A stretch of 64,000 nucleotides of DNA from Eledone cirrhosa (taxonomy: Eukaryota): assembly GCA_964016885.1 (NCBI GenBank), contig OZ024743.1, positions 372,868,001 through 372,932,000 of the forward strand. The letters run 5' to 3'. The translations under genes were made by a program, and so were the position numbers. Below are positions 1 through 13,385 of the stretch, in pieces (position 1 is the stretch's first letter; each line of letters starts with the position of its first letter). Under the pieces are notes generated by a model. It was not told the DNA's origin. It saw nothing but the letters and a program-made list of their open reading frames with translations, and ran no database searches.

Positions 1-3000
1 TGGTGGCAGTGGAGGGTTGTGGTTATTTTCTACTGTAGTGGGTGGTGGTGGTGGTGGTGGTGGTGGTGGCAGTGGAGGGGTTGTGGTTATTTTCTACTGT
101 AGTGGGTGGTGGTGGTGGTGGTGGTGGTGGTGGCAGTGGAGGGGTGTGGTTATTTTCTACTGTAGTGGGTGGTGGTGGTGGTGGTGGTGGTGGTGGTGGT
201 GCCAGTGGAGGGGTTGTGGTTATTTTCTACTGTAGTGGGTGGTGGTGGTGGTGGTGGTGGTGGCAGTGGAGGGTTGTGGTTATTTTCTACTGTAGTGGGG
301 TGGTGGTGGTGGTGGTGGTGGTGGCAGTGGAGGGTTGTGGTTATTTTCTACTGTAGTGGGTGGTGGTGGTGGTGGTGGTGGCAGTGGAGGGTTGTGGTTA
401 TTTTCTACTGTAGTGGGTGGTGTTGGTGGTGGGTGGGTGGTGGGTGGTGGTGGTGGGCAGTGGAGGGTTGTGGTTATTTTCTACTGTAGTGGGTGGTGGT
501 GGTGGTGGTGGTGGTGGTGGTGGTGGTGTGGTGGTGGTGGTGGTGGCAGTGGAGGGTTGTGGTTATTTTCTACTGTAGTGGGTGGTGTTGGTGGTGGTGG
601 TGGTGGTGGTGGTGGTGGTGGTGGTGGTGGTGGTGGTGTTGGTGGCAGTGGAGGGTTGTGGTTATTTTCTACTGTAGTGGGTGGTGGTGGTGGTGGTGGT
701 GGTGGTGGTGGTGGTGGTGGTGGTGGTGGTGGTGGCAGTGGAGGGTTGTGGTTATTTTCTACTGTAGTGGGTGGTGGTGGTGGTGGTGGTGGCAGTGGAG
801 GGTTGTGGTTATTTTCTACTGTAGTGGGTGGTGGTGGTGGTGGTGGTGGTGGTGGCAGTGGAGGGTTGTGGTTATTTTCTACTGTAGTGGGTGGTGGTGG
901 TGGTGGTGGTGGTGGTGGCAGTGGAGGGTTGTGGTTATTTTCTACTGTAGTGGGTGGTGGTGGTGGTGGTGGTGGTGGTGGTGGTGGTGGTGGTGGTGGT
1001 GGTGGTGGCAGTGGAGGGTTGTGGTTATTTTCTACTGTAGTGGGTGGGTGGTGGTGGTGGTGGTGGTGGCAGTGGAGGGTTGTGGTTATTTTCTACTGTA
1101 GTGGGTGGTGGTGGTGGTGGTGGTGGTGGTGGTGGTGGTGGTGGTGGTGGTGGTGGTGGTGGCAGTGGAGGGTTGTGGTTATTTTCTACTGTAGTGGGTG
1201 GTGGTGGTGGTGGTGGTGGTGGTGGCAGTGGAGGGTTGTGGTTATTTTCTACTGTAGTGGGTGGTGGTGGTGGTGGTGGTGGTGGTGGTGGTGGTGGTGG
1301 TGGTGGTGGTGGCAGTGGAGGGTTGTGGTTATTTTCTACTGTAGTGGGGTGGTGGTGGTGGTGGTGGTGGCAGTGGAGGGTTGTGGTTATTTTCTACTGT
1401 AGTGGGTGGTGGTGGTGGTGGTGGTGGTGGTGGTGGTGGTGGTGGTGGTGGTGGCAGTGGAGGGTTGTGGTTATTTTCTACTGTAGTGGGTGGTGGTGGT
1501 GGTGGTGGTGGTGGCAGTGGAGGGTTGTGGTTATTTTCTACTGTAGTGGGTGGTGGTGGTGGTGGTGGTGGTGGTGGTGGTGGTGGTGGTGGTGGTGGTG
1601 GTGGTGGCAGTGGAGGGTTGTGGTTATTTTCTACTGTAGTGGGTGGTGGTGGTGGTGGTGGTGGTGGTGGCAGTGGAGGGTTGTGGTTATTTTCTACTGT
1701 AGTGGGTGGTGGTGGTGGTGGTGGTGGTGGTGGTGGTGGTGGTGGTGGTGGTGGTGGTGGTGGCAGTGGAGGGTTGTGGTTATTTTCTACTGTAGTGGGT
1801 GGTGGTGGTGGTGGTGGTGGTGGTGGCAGTGGAGGGTTGTGGTTATTTTCTACTGTAGTGGGTGGTGGTGGTGGTGGTGGTGGTGGTGGTGGTGGTGGTG
1901 GTGGTGGTGGTGGCAGTGGAGGGTTGTGGTTATTTTCTACTGTAGTGGGTGGTGGTGGTGGTGGTGGTGGCAGTGGAGGGTTGTGGTTATTTTCTACTGT
2001 AGTGGGTGGTGGTGGTGGTGGTGGTGGTGGTGGTGGTGGTGGTGGTGGTGGTGGCAGTGGAGGGTTGTGGTTATTTTCTACTGTAGTGGGTGGTGGTGGT
2101 GGTGGTGGTGGCAGTGGAGGGTTGTGGTTATTTTCTACTGTAGTGGGTGGTGGTGGTGGTGGTGGTGGTGTTGGTGGTGGTGGTGGTGGTGGTGGTGGTG
2201 GCAGTGGAGGGTTGTGGTTATTTTCTACTGTAGTGGGTGGTGGTGGTGGTGGTGGTGGTGGCAGTGGAGGGTTGTGGTTATTTTCTACTGTCGTGGGTGG
2301 TGGTGGTGGTGGTGGTGGTGGTGGTGGCAGTGGAGGGTTGTGGTTATTTTCTACTGTAGTGGGTGGTGGTGGTGGTGGTGGTGGTGGTGGTGGTGGTGGT
2401 GGCAGTGGAGGGTTGTGGTTATTTTCTACTGTCGTGGGTGGTGGTGGTGGTGGTGGTGGTGGTGGTGGTGGTGGCAGTGGAGGGTTGGGGTTATTTTCTA
2501 CTGTAGTGGGTGGTGGTGGCGGTGGTGGTGGTGGTGGTGGTGGTGGCAGTGGAGGGTTGTGGTTATTTTCTACTGTAGTGGGTGGTGGTGGTGGTGGTCG
2601 TGGTGGTGGTGGTGGTGGTGGCAGTGGAGGGTTGTGGTTATTTTCTACTGTCGTGGGTGGTGGTGGTGGTGGTGGTGGTGGTGGTGGTGGTGGCAGTGGA
2701 GGGTTGGGGTTATTTTCTACTGTAGTGGGTGGTGGTGGCGGTGGTGGTGGTGGTGGCAGTGGAGGGTTGTGGTTATTTTCTACTGTAGTGGGTGGTGGTG
2801 GTGGTGGTGGTGGTGGTGGTGGTGGCAGTGGAGGGTTGTGGTTATTTTCTACTGTAGTGGGTGGTGGTGGTGGTGGTGGTGGTGGTGGCAGTGGAGGGTT
2901 GTGGTTATTTTCTACTGTAGTGGGTGGTGGTGGTGGTGGTGGTGGTGGTGGTGGCAGTGGAGGGTTGTGGTTATTTTCTACTGTAGTGGGTGGTGGTGGT

Positions 3001-6000
3001 GGTGGTGGTGGTGGTGGTGGTGGTGGCAGTGGAGGGTTGTGGTTATTTTCTACTGTAGTGGGTGGTGGTGGTGGTGGTGGTGGTGGTGGCAGTGGAGGGG
3101 TGTGGTTATTTTGTACTGTAGTGGGTGGTGGTGGTGGTGGTGGTGGCAGTGGAGGGGTGTGGTTATTTTCTACTGTAGTGGGTGGTGGTGGTGGTGGTGG
3201 TGGTGGTGGTGGTGGCAGTGGAGGGTTGTGGTTATTTTCTACTGTAGTGGGTGGTGGTGGTGGTGGTGGTGGTGGTGGTGGTGGTGGCAGTGGAGGGTTG
3301 TGGTTATTTTCTACTGTAGTGGGTGGTGGTGGTGGTGGTGGTGGTGGTGGTGGTGGCAGTGGAGGGTTGTGGTTATTTTCTACTGTAGTGGGTGGTGGTG
3401 GTGGTGGTGGTGGTGGTGGCAGTGGAGGGGTGTGGTTATTTTCTTCTGTAGTGGGTGGTGGTGGTGGTGGTGGTGGCAGTGGAGGGGTGTGGTTATTTTC
3501 TACTGTAGTGGGTGGTGGTGGTGGTGGTGGTGGTGGTGGTGGCAGTGGAGGGTTGTGGTTATTTTCTACTGTAGTGGGTGGTGGTGGTGGTGGTGGTGGT
3601 GGTGGTGGTGGCAGTGGAGGGTTGTGGTTATTTTCTACTGTAGTGGGTGGTGGTGGTGGTGGTGGTGGTGGTGGCAGTGGAGGGGTGTGGTTATTTTCTA
3701 CTGTAGTGGGTGGTGGTGGTGGTGGTGGTGGTGGTGGTGGTGGTGGTGGCAGTGGAGGGGTGTGGTTATTTTCTACTGTAGTGGGTGGTGGTGGTGGTGG
3801 TGGTGGTGGTGGTGGTGGTGGTGGTGGCAGTGGAGGGTTGTGGTTATTTTCTACTGTAGTGGGTGGTGGTGGTGGTGGTGGTGGTGGCGGTGTAGGGGTG
3901 TGGTTATTTTCTACTGTAGTGGGTGGTGGTGGTGGTGGTGGTGGTGGTGGTGGTGGTGGTGGCGGTGTAGGGGTGTGGTTATTTTCTACTGTAGTGGGTG
4001 GTGGTGGTGGTGGTGGTGGCAGTGGAGGGTTGTGGTTATTTTCTACTGTAGTGGGTGGTGGTGGTGGTGGTGGTGGTGGCAGTGGAGGGGTGTGGTTATT
4101 TTCTACTGTAGTGGGTGGTGGTTGTGGTGGTGGTGGTGGCGGTGTAGGGGTGTGGTTATTTTCTACTGTAGTGGGTGGTGGTGGTGGTGGTGGTGGTGGC
4201 GGTGGAGGGTTGTGGTTATTTTCTACTGTAGTGGGTGGTGGTGGTGGTGGTGGTGGTGGCGGTGTAGGGGTGTGGTTATTTTCTACTGTAGTGGGTGGTG
4301 GTGGTGGTGGTGGTGGTGGCGGTGGAGGGTTGTGGTTATTTTCTACTGTAGTGGGTGGTGGTGGTGGTGGTGGTGGTGGCGGTGGAGGGTTGTGGTTATT
4401 TTCTACTGTAGTGGGTGGTGGTGGTGGTGGTGGTGGTGGTGGTGGCGGTGTAGGGGTGTGGTTATTTTCTACTGTAGTGGGTGGTGGTGGTGGTGGTGGT
4501 GGTGGCGGTGGAGGGTTGTGGTTATTTTCTACTGTAGTGGGTGGTGGTGGTGGTGGTGGTGGTGGCGGTGTAGGGGTGTGGTTATTTTCTACTGTAGTGG
4601 GTGGTGGTGGTGGTGGTGGTGGTGGTGGCGGTGGAGGGTTGTGGTTATTTTCTACTGTAGTGGGTGGTGGTGGTGGTGGTGGTGGTGGCGGTGTAGGGGT
4701 GTGGTTATTTTCTACTGTAGTGGGTGGTGGTGGTGGTGGTGGTGGTGGTGGTGGCGGTGTAGGGGTGTGGTTATTTTCTACTGTAGTGGGTGGTGGTGGT
4801 GGTGGTGGTGGTGGTGGTGGCGGTGGCAGTGGAGGGTTGTGGTTATTTTCTACTGTAGTGGGTGGTGGTGGTGGTGGTGGTGGTGGTGGCGGTGGCAGTG
4901 GAGGGTTGTGGTTATTTTCTACTGTAGTGGGTGGTGGTGGTGGTGGTGGTGGTGGTGGTGGCAGTGGAGGGGTGTGGTTATTTTCTACTGTAGTGGGTGG
5001 TGGTGGTGGTGGTGGTGGTGGTGGTGGCAGTGGAGGGGTGTGGTTATTTTCTACTGTAGTGGGTGGTGGTGGTGGTGGTGGTGGTGGTGGTGGCAGTGGA
5101 GGGTTGTGGTTATTTTCTACTGTAGTGGGTGGTGGTGGTGGTGGTGGTGGTGGTGGCAGTGGAGGGTTGTGGTTATTTTCTACTGTAGTGGGTGGTGGTG
5201 GTGGTGGTGGTGGTGGCAGTGGAGGGTTGTGGTTATTTTCTACTGTAGTGGGTGGTGGTGGTGGTGGTGGTGGTGGTGGTGGTGGCAGTGGAGGGTTGGG
5301 GTTATTTTCTACTGTAGTGGGTGGTGGTGGTGGTGGTGGTGGTGGTGGCGGTGTAGGGGTGTGGTTATTTTCTACTGTAGTGGGTGGTGGTGGTGGTGGT
5401 GGTGGTGGTGGTGGCAGTGGAGGGTTGTGGTTATTTTCTACTGTAGTGGGTGGTGGTGGTGGTGGTGGTGGTGGCAGTGGAGGGTTGTGGTTATTTTCTA
5501 CTGTAGTGGGTGGTGGTGGTGGTGGTGGTGGTGGTGGTGGTGGCAGTGGAGGGTTGTGGTTATTTTCTACTGTAGTGGGTGGTGGTGGTGGTGGTGGTGG
5601 TGGCAGTGGAGGGTTGGGGTTATTTTCTACTGTAGTGGGTGGTGGTGGTGGTGGTGGTGGTGGTGGTGGCGGTGTAGGGGTGTGGTTATTTTCTACTGTA
5701 GTGGGTGGTGGTGGTGGTGGTGGTGGTGGTGGTGGCAGTGGAGGGTTGTGGTTATTTTCTACTGTAGTGGGTGGTGGTGGTGGTGGTGGTGGTGGTGGTG
5801 GTGGCAGTGGAGGGTTGTGGTTATTTTCTACTGTAGTGGGTGGTGGTGGTGGTGGTGGTGGTGGCAGTGGAGGGTTGTGGTTATTTTCTACTGTAGTGGG
5901 TGGTGGTGGTGGTGGTGGTGGTGGTGGTGGTGGCAGTGGAGGGTTGTGGTTATTTTCTACTGTAGTGGGTGGTGGTGGTGGTGGTGGTGGTGGCAGTGGA

Positions 6001-9000
6001 GGGTTGTGGTTATTTTCTACTGTAGTGGGTGGTGGTGGTGGTGGTGGTGGTGGTGGTGGCGGTGTAGGGGTGTGGTTATTTTCTACTGTAGTGGGTGGTG
6101 GTGGTGGTGGTGGTGGTGGTGGTGGCAGTGGAGGGTTGTGGTTATTTTCTACTGTAGTGGGTGGTGGTGGTGGTGGTGGTGGTGGCAGTGGAGGGTTGGG
6201 GTTATTTTCTACTGTAGTGGGTGGTGGTGGTGGTGGTGGTGGTGGCAGTGGAGGGTTGGGGTTATTTTCTACTGTAGTGGGTGGTGGTGGTGGTGGTGGT
6301 GGTGGTGGTGGCAGTGGAGGGTTGTGGTTATTTTCTACTGTAGTGGGTGGTGGTGGTGGTGGTGGTGGTGGCAGTGGAGGGTTGGGGTTATTTTCTACTG
6401 TAGTGGGTGGTGGTGGTGGTGGTGGTGGTGGTGGTGGCAGTGGAGGGTTGTGGTTATTTTCTACTGTAGTGGGTGGTGGTGGTGGTGGTGGTGGTGGCAG
6501 TGGAGGGTTGGGGTTATTTTCTACTGTAGTGGGTGGTGGTGGTGGTGGTGGTGGTGGCAGTGGAGGGTTGTGGTTATTTTCTACTGTAGTGGGTGGTGGT
6601 GGTGGTGGTGGTGGTGGTGGTGGTGGCAGTGGAGGGTTGGGGTTATTTTCTACTGTAGTGGGTGGTGGTGGTGGTGGTGGTGGTGGCAGTGGAGGGTTGT
6701 GGTTATTTTCTACTGTAGTGGGTGGTGGTGGTGGTGGTGGTGGTGGTGGTGGCAGTGGAGGGTTGGGGTTATTTTCTACTGTAGTGGGTGGTGGTGGTGG
6801 TGGTGGTGGTGGTGGTGGCAGTGGAGGGTTGGGGTTATTTTCTACTGTAGTGGGTGGTGGTGGTGGTGGTGGTGGTGGTGGTGGTGGCAGTGGAGGGTTG
6901 GGGTTATTTTCTACTGTAGTGGGTGGTGGTGGTGGTGGTGGTGGTGGTGGCAGTGGAGGGTTGTGGTTATTTTCTACTGTAGTGGGTGGTGGTGGTGGTG
7001 GTGGTGGTGGTGGTGGTGGCAGTGGAGGGTTGGGGTTATTTTCTACTGTAGTGGGTGGTGGTGGTGGTGGTGGTGGTGGTGGTGGTGGTGGTGGCAGTGG
7101 AGGGTTGTGGTTATTTTCTACTGTAGTGGGTGGTGGTGGTGGTGGTGGTGGTGGTGGTGGCAGTGGAGGGTTGGGGTTATTTTCTACTGTAGTGGGTGGT
7201 GGTGGTGGTGGTGGTGGTGGCAGTGGAGGGTTGTGGTTATTTTCTACTGTAGTGGGTGGTGGTGGTGGTGGTGGTGGTGGTGGTGGTGGCAGTGGAGGGT
7301 TGGGGTTATTTTCTACTGTAGTGGGTGGTGGTGGTGGTGGTGGTGGTGGCAGTGGAGGGTTGTGGTTATTTTCTACTGTAGTGGGTGGTGGTGGTGGTGG
7401 TGGTGGTGGTGGTGGCAGTGGAGGGTTGGGGTTATTTTCTACTGTAGTGGGTGGTGGTGGTGGTGGTGGTGGTGGTGGTGGCAGTGGAGGGTTGGGGTTA
7501 TTTTCTACTGTAGTGGGTGGTGGTGGTGGTGGTGGTGGTGGTGGTGGTGGCAGTGGAGGGTTGTGGTTATTTTCTACTGTAGTGGGTGGTGGTGGTGGTG
7601 GTGGTGGTGGTGGCAGTGGAGGGTTGTGGTTATTTTCTACTGTAGTGGGTGGTGGTGGTGGTGGTGGTGGTGGTGGTGGTGGCAGTGGAGGGTTGGGGTT
7701 ATTTTCTACTGTAGTGGGTGGTGGTGGTGGTGGTGGTGGTGGTGGTGGTGGTGGTGGTGGCAGTGGAGGGTTGTGGTTATTTTCTACTGTAGTGGGTGGT
7801 GGTGGTGGTGGTGGTGGTGGTGGTGGCAGTGGAGGGTTGGGGTTATTTTCTACTGTAGTGGGTGGTGGTGGTGGTGGTGGTGGTGGTGGTGGTGGTGGCA
7901 GTGGAGGGTTGTGGTTATTTTCTACTGTAGTGGGTGGTGGTGGTAATGGTGGTGGTGGTGGTGGCAGTGGAGGGTTGGGGTTATTTTCTACTGTAGTGGG
8001 TGGTGGTGGTGGTGGTGGTGGTGGTGGTGGTGGTGGTGGTGGCAGTGGAGGGTTGTGGTTATTTTCTACTGTAGTGGGTGGTGGTGGTGGTGGCAGTGGA
8101 GGGTTGTGGTTATTTTCTACTGTAGTGGGTGGTGGTGGTGGTGGTGGTGGTGGCAGTGGAGGGTTGGGGTTATTTTCTACTGTAGTGGGTGGTGGTGGTG
8201 GTGGTGGTGGCAGTGGAGGGTTGTGGTTATTTTCTACTGTAGTGGGTGGTGGTGGTGGTGGTGGTGGTGGTGGCAGTGGAGGGTTGGGGTTATTTTCTAC
8301 TGTAGTGGGTGGTGGTGGTGGTGGTGGTGGTGGTGGTGGTGGTGGCAGTGGAGGGTTGTGGTTATTTTCTACTGTAGTGGGTGGTGGTGGTGGTGGGTGG
8401 GCAGTGGAGGGTTGTGGTTATTTTCTACTGTAGTGGGTGGTGGTGGTGGTGGTGGTGGTGGTGGTGGTGGTGGCAGTGGAGGGTTGTGGTTATTTTCTAC
8501 TGTAGTGGGTGGTGGTGGTGGTGGTGGTGGCAGTGTAGGGTTGTGGTTATTTTCTACTGTAGTGGGTGGTGGTGGTGGTGGTGGTGGTGGTGGCGGTGTA
8601 GGGGTGTGGTTATTTTCTACTGTAGTGGGTGGTGGTGGTGGTGGTGGTGGTGGTGGCAGTGGAGGGTTGTGGTTATTTTCTACTGTAGTGGGTGGTGGTA
8701 GTGGTGGTGGTGGTGGTGGTGGTGGTGGTGGCGGTGGAGGGTTGTGGTTATTTTCTACTGTAGTGGGTGGTGGTGGTGGTGGTGGTGGTGGTGGCAGTGG
8801 AGGGTTGTGGTTATTTTCTACTGTAGTGGGTGGTGGTGGTGGTGGTGGTGGTGGTGGTGGCAGTGTAGGGGTGTGGTTATTTTCTACTCTAGTGGGTGGT
8901 GGTGGTGGTGGTGGTGGTGGTGGTGGCAGTGGAGGGTTGTGGTTATTTTCTACTGTAGTGGGTGGTGGTGGTGGTGGTGGTGGTGGTGGTGGTGGTGGCA

Positions 9001-12000
9001 GTGTAGGGGTGTGGTTATTTTGTACTGTAGTGGGTGGTGGTGGTGGTGGTGGTGGCAGTGGAGGGGTGTGGTTATTTTCTACTGTAGTGGGTGGTGGTGG
9101 TGGTGGTGGCAGTGGAGGGGTGTGGTTATTTTCTACTGTCGTGGGTGGTGGTGGTAGTGGAGGTGGTGGCAGTGGAGGGTTGTGGTTATTTTCTACTGTC
9201 GTGGGTGGTGGTGGTGGTGGAGGTGGTGGCAGTGGAGGGTTGTGGTTATTTTCTACTGTCGTGGGTGGTGGTGGTGGTGGAGGTGGTGGCAGTGGAGGGT
9301 TGTGGTTATTTTCTACTGTAGTGGGTGGTGGTGGTGGTGGTGGCAGTGGAGGGGTGTGGTTATTTTCTACTGTAGTGGGTGGTGGTGGAGGTGGTGGCAG
9401 TGCCGGGGTGTGGTTATTTTCTACTGTAGTGGGTGGTGGTGGTGGTGGTGGCAGTGGAGGGGTGTGGTTATTTTCTACTGTAGTGGGTGGTGGTGGAGGT
9501 GGTGGCAGTGGAGGGGTGTGGTTATTTTCTACTGTAGTGGGTGGTGGTGGTGGTGGTGGCAGTGGAGGGGTGTGGTTATTTTCTACTGTAGTGGGTGGTG
9601 GTGGAGGTGGTGGCAGTGGAGGGTTGTGGTTATTTTCTACTGTAGTGGGTGGTGGTGGTGGTGGTGGCAGTGGAGGGTTGTGGTTATTTTCTACTGTCGT
9701 GGGTGGTGGTGGTGGTGGAGGTGGTGGCAGTGGAGGGTTGTGGTTATTTTCTACTGTCGTGGGTGGTGGTGGTGGTGGAGGTGGTGGCAGTGGAGGGTTG
9801 TGGTTATTTTCTACTGTCGTGGGTGGTGGTGGTGGTGGAGGTGGTGGCAGTGGAGGGTTGTGGTTATTTTCTACTGTAGTGGGTGGTGGTGGTGGTGGTG
9901 GCAGTGGAGGGGTGTGGTTATTTTCTACTGTAGTGGGTGGTGGTGGTGGTGGTGGTGGCAGTGGAGGGGTGTGGTTATTTTCTACTGTAGTGGGTGGTGG
10001 TGGAGGTGGTGGCAGTGCCGGGGTGTGGTTATTTTCTACTGTAGTGGGTGGTGGTGGTGGTGGTGGTGGTGGTGGTGGTGGCAGTGGAGGGTTGTGGTTA
10101 TTTTCTACTGTCGTGGGTGGTGGTGGTGGTGGAGGTGGTGGCAGTGGAGGGTTGTGGTTATTTTCTACTGTCGTGGGTGGTGGTGGTGGTGGAGGTGGTG
10201 GCAGTGGAGGGTTGTGGTTATTTTCTACTGTAGTGGGTGGTGGTGGTGGTGGTGGTGGCAGTGGAGGGGTGTGGTTATTTTCTACTGTAGTGGGTGGTGG
10301 TGGTGGTGGTGGCAGTGGAGGGTTGTGGTTATTTTCTACTGTCGTGGGTGGTGGTGGTGGTGGAGGTGGTGGCAGTGGAGGGTTGTGGTTATTTTCTACT
10401 GTCGTGGGTGGTGGTGGTGGTGGAGGTGGTGGCAGTGGAGGGTTGTGGTTATTTTCTACTGTAGTGGGTGGTGGTGGTGGTGGTGGTGGTGGTGGTGGTG
10501 GCAGTGGAGGGGTGTGGTTATTTTCTACTGTAGTGGGTGGTGGTGGTGGTGGTGGTGGCAGTGGAGGGGTGTGCTTATTTTCTACTGTAGTGGGTGGTGG
10601 TGGAGGTGGTGGCAGTGCCGGGGTGTGGTTATTTTCTACTGTAGTGGGTGGTGGTGGTGGTGGTGGCAGTGGAGGGGTGTGGTTATTTTCTACTGTAGTG
10701 GGTGGTGGTGGTGGTGGTGGTGGTGGTGGTGGTGGTGGTGGTGGTGGTGGTGGTGGCAGTGGAGGGTTGTGGTTATTTTCTACTGTAGTGGGTGGTGGTG
10801 GTGGTGGTGGTGGTGGCAGTGGAGGGTTGTGGTTATTTTCTACTGTAGTGGGTGGTGGTGGTGGTGGTGGTGGTGGCAGTGGAGGGTTGTGGTTATTTTC
10901 TACTGTAGTGGGTGGTGGTGGTGGTGGTGGTGGTGGTGGTGGTGGTGGTGGCAGTGTAGGGTTGTGGTTATTTTCTACTGTAGTGGGTGGTGGTGGTGGT
11001 GGTGGTGGTGGTGGTGGTGGTGGTGGTGGTGGAGGCAGTGGAGGGTTGTGGTTATTTTCTACTGTAGTGGGTGGTGGTGGTGGTGGTGGTGGTGGTGGCA
11101 GTGGAGGGTTGTGGTTATTTTCTACTGTAGTGGGTGGTGTTGGTGGTGGTGGTGTTGGTGGTGGTGGTGGTGGTGGTGGTGGTGGCAGTGGAGGGTTGTG
11201 GTTATTTTCTACTGTAGTGGGTGGTGTTGGTGGTGGTGGTGGCAGTGGAGGGTTGTGGTTATTTTCTACTGTAGTGGGTGGTGGTGGTGGTGGTGGTGGT
11301 GGTGGTGTTGGTGGTGGTGGTGGTGGTGGTGGTGGTGGCAGTGGAGGGTTGTGGTTATTTTCTACTGTAGTGGGTGGTGTTGGTGGTGGTGGTGTTGGTG
11401 GTGGTGGTGGTGGTGGTGGTGGTGGCAGTGGAGGGTTGTGGTTATTTTCTACTGTAGTGGGTGGTGTTGGTGGTGGTGGTGTTGGTGGTGGTGGTGGTGG
11501 TGGTGGTGGTGGCAGTGGAGGGTTGTGGTTATTTTCTACTGTAGTGGGTGGTGTTGGTGGTGGTGGTGGCAGTGGAGGGTTGTGGTTATTTTCTACTGTA
11601 GTGGGTGGTGTTGGTGGTGGTGGTGTTGGTGGTGGTGGTGGTGGTGGTGGTGGTGGCAGTGGAGGGTTGTGGTTATTTTCTACTGTAGTGGGTGGTGGTG
11701 GTGGTGGTGGTGGTGGCAGTGAAGGGGTGTGGTTATTTTCTACTGTAGTGGGTGGTGGTGGTGGTGGTGGTGGTGGCAGTGTAGGGGTGTGGTTATTTTC
11801 TACTGTAGTGGGTGGTGGTGGTGGTGGTGGTGGCAGTGGAGGGGTGTGGTTATTTTCTACTGTAATGGGTGGTGGTGGTGGTGGTGGTGGTGGCAGTGTA
11901 GGGGTGTGGTTATTTTCTACTGTAGTGGGTGGTGGTGGTGGTGGTGGTGGCAGTGGAGGGGTGTGGTTATTTTCTACTGTAGTGGGTGGTGGTGGTGGTG

Positions 12001-13354
12001 GTGGCAGTGAAGGGGTGTGGTTATTTTCTACTGTAGTGGGTGGTGGTGGTGGTGGTGGCAGTGGAGGGGTGTGGTTATTTTCTACTGTAATGGGTGGTGG
12101 TGGTGGTGGTGGTGGTGGCAGTGTAGGGGTGTGGTTATTTTCTACTGTAGTGGGTGGTGGTGGTGGTGGTGGTGGCAGTGGAGGGGTGTGGTTATTTTCT
12201 ACTGTCGTGGGTGGTGGTGGTGGTGGTGGTGGTGGCAGTGGAGGGTTGTGGTTATTTTCTACTGTAGTGGGTGGTGGTGGTGGTGGTGGTGGTGGTGGTG
12301 GTGGCAGTGGAGGGTTGTGGTTATTTTCTACTGTAGTGGGTGGTGGTGGTGGTGGTGGTGGTGGTGGTGGTGGTGGTGGTGGCAGTGGAGGGTTGTGGTT
12401 ATTTTCTACTGTAGTGGGTGGTGGTGGTGGTGGTGGTGGTGGTGGCAGTGAAGGGGTGTGGTTATTTTCTACTGTAGTGGGTGGTGGTGGTGGTGGTGGT
12501 GGTGGTGGTGGCAGTGTAGGGGTGTGGTTATTTTCTACTGTCGTGGGTGGTGGTGGTGGTGGTGGTGGTGGTGGCAGTGAAGGGGTGTGGTTATTTTCTA
12601 CTGTAGTGGGTGGTGGTGGTGGTGGTGGCAGTGAAGGGGTGTGGTTATTTTCTACTGTAGTGGGTGGTGGTGGTGGTGGTGGTGGTGGTGGTGGTGGTGG
12701 TGGTGGTGGTGGCAGTGGAGGGTTGTGGTTATTTTCTACTGTAGTGGGTGGTGGTGGTGGTGGTGGTGGTGGTGGTGGTGGTGGTGGTGGTGGTGGCAGT
12801 GGAGGGTTGTGGTTATTTTCTACTGTAGTGGGTGGTGGTGGTGGTGGTGGTGGTGGTGGCAGTGGAGGGTTGTGGTTATTTTCTACTGTAGTGGGTGGTG
12901 GTGGTGGTGGTGGTGGTGGTGGTGGTGGTGGCAGTGGAGGGTTGTGGTTATTTTCTACTGTAGTGGGTGGTGGTGGTGGTGGTGGTGGTGGTGGTGGTGG
13001 TGGTGGCAGTGGAGGGTTGTGGTTATTTTCTACTGTAGTGGGTGGTGGTGGTGGTGGTGGTGGTGGTGGTGGTGGTGGTGGTGGTGGCAGTGGAGGGTTG
13101 TGGTTATTTTCTACTGTAGTGGGTGGTGGTGGTGGTGGTGGTGGTGGTGGTGGTGGTGGCGGAGGTGGTGGCAGTGGAGGGTTGTGGTTATTTTCTACTG
13201 TAGTGGGTGGTGGTGGTGGTGGTGGTGGTGGTGGCAGTGGAGGGTTGTGGTTATTTTCTACTGTAGTGGGTGGTGGTGGTGGTGGTGGTGGTGGTGGTGG
13301 TGGTGGTGGTGGTGGTGGCAGTGGAGGGTTGTGGTTATTTTCTACTGTAGTGGG

Positions 13355-13385
<31 letters not shown>
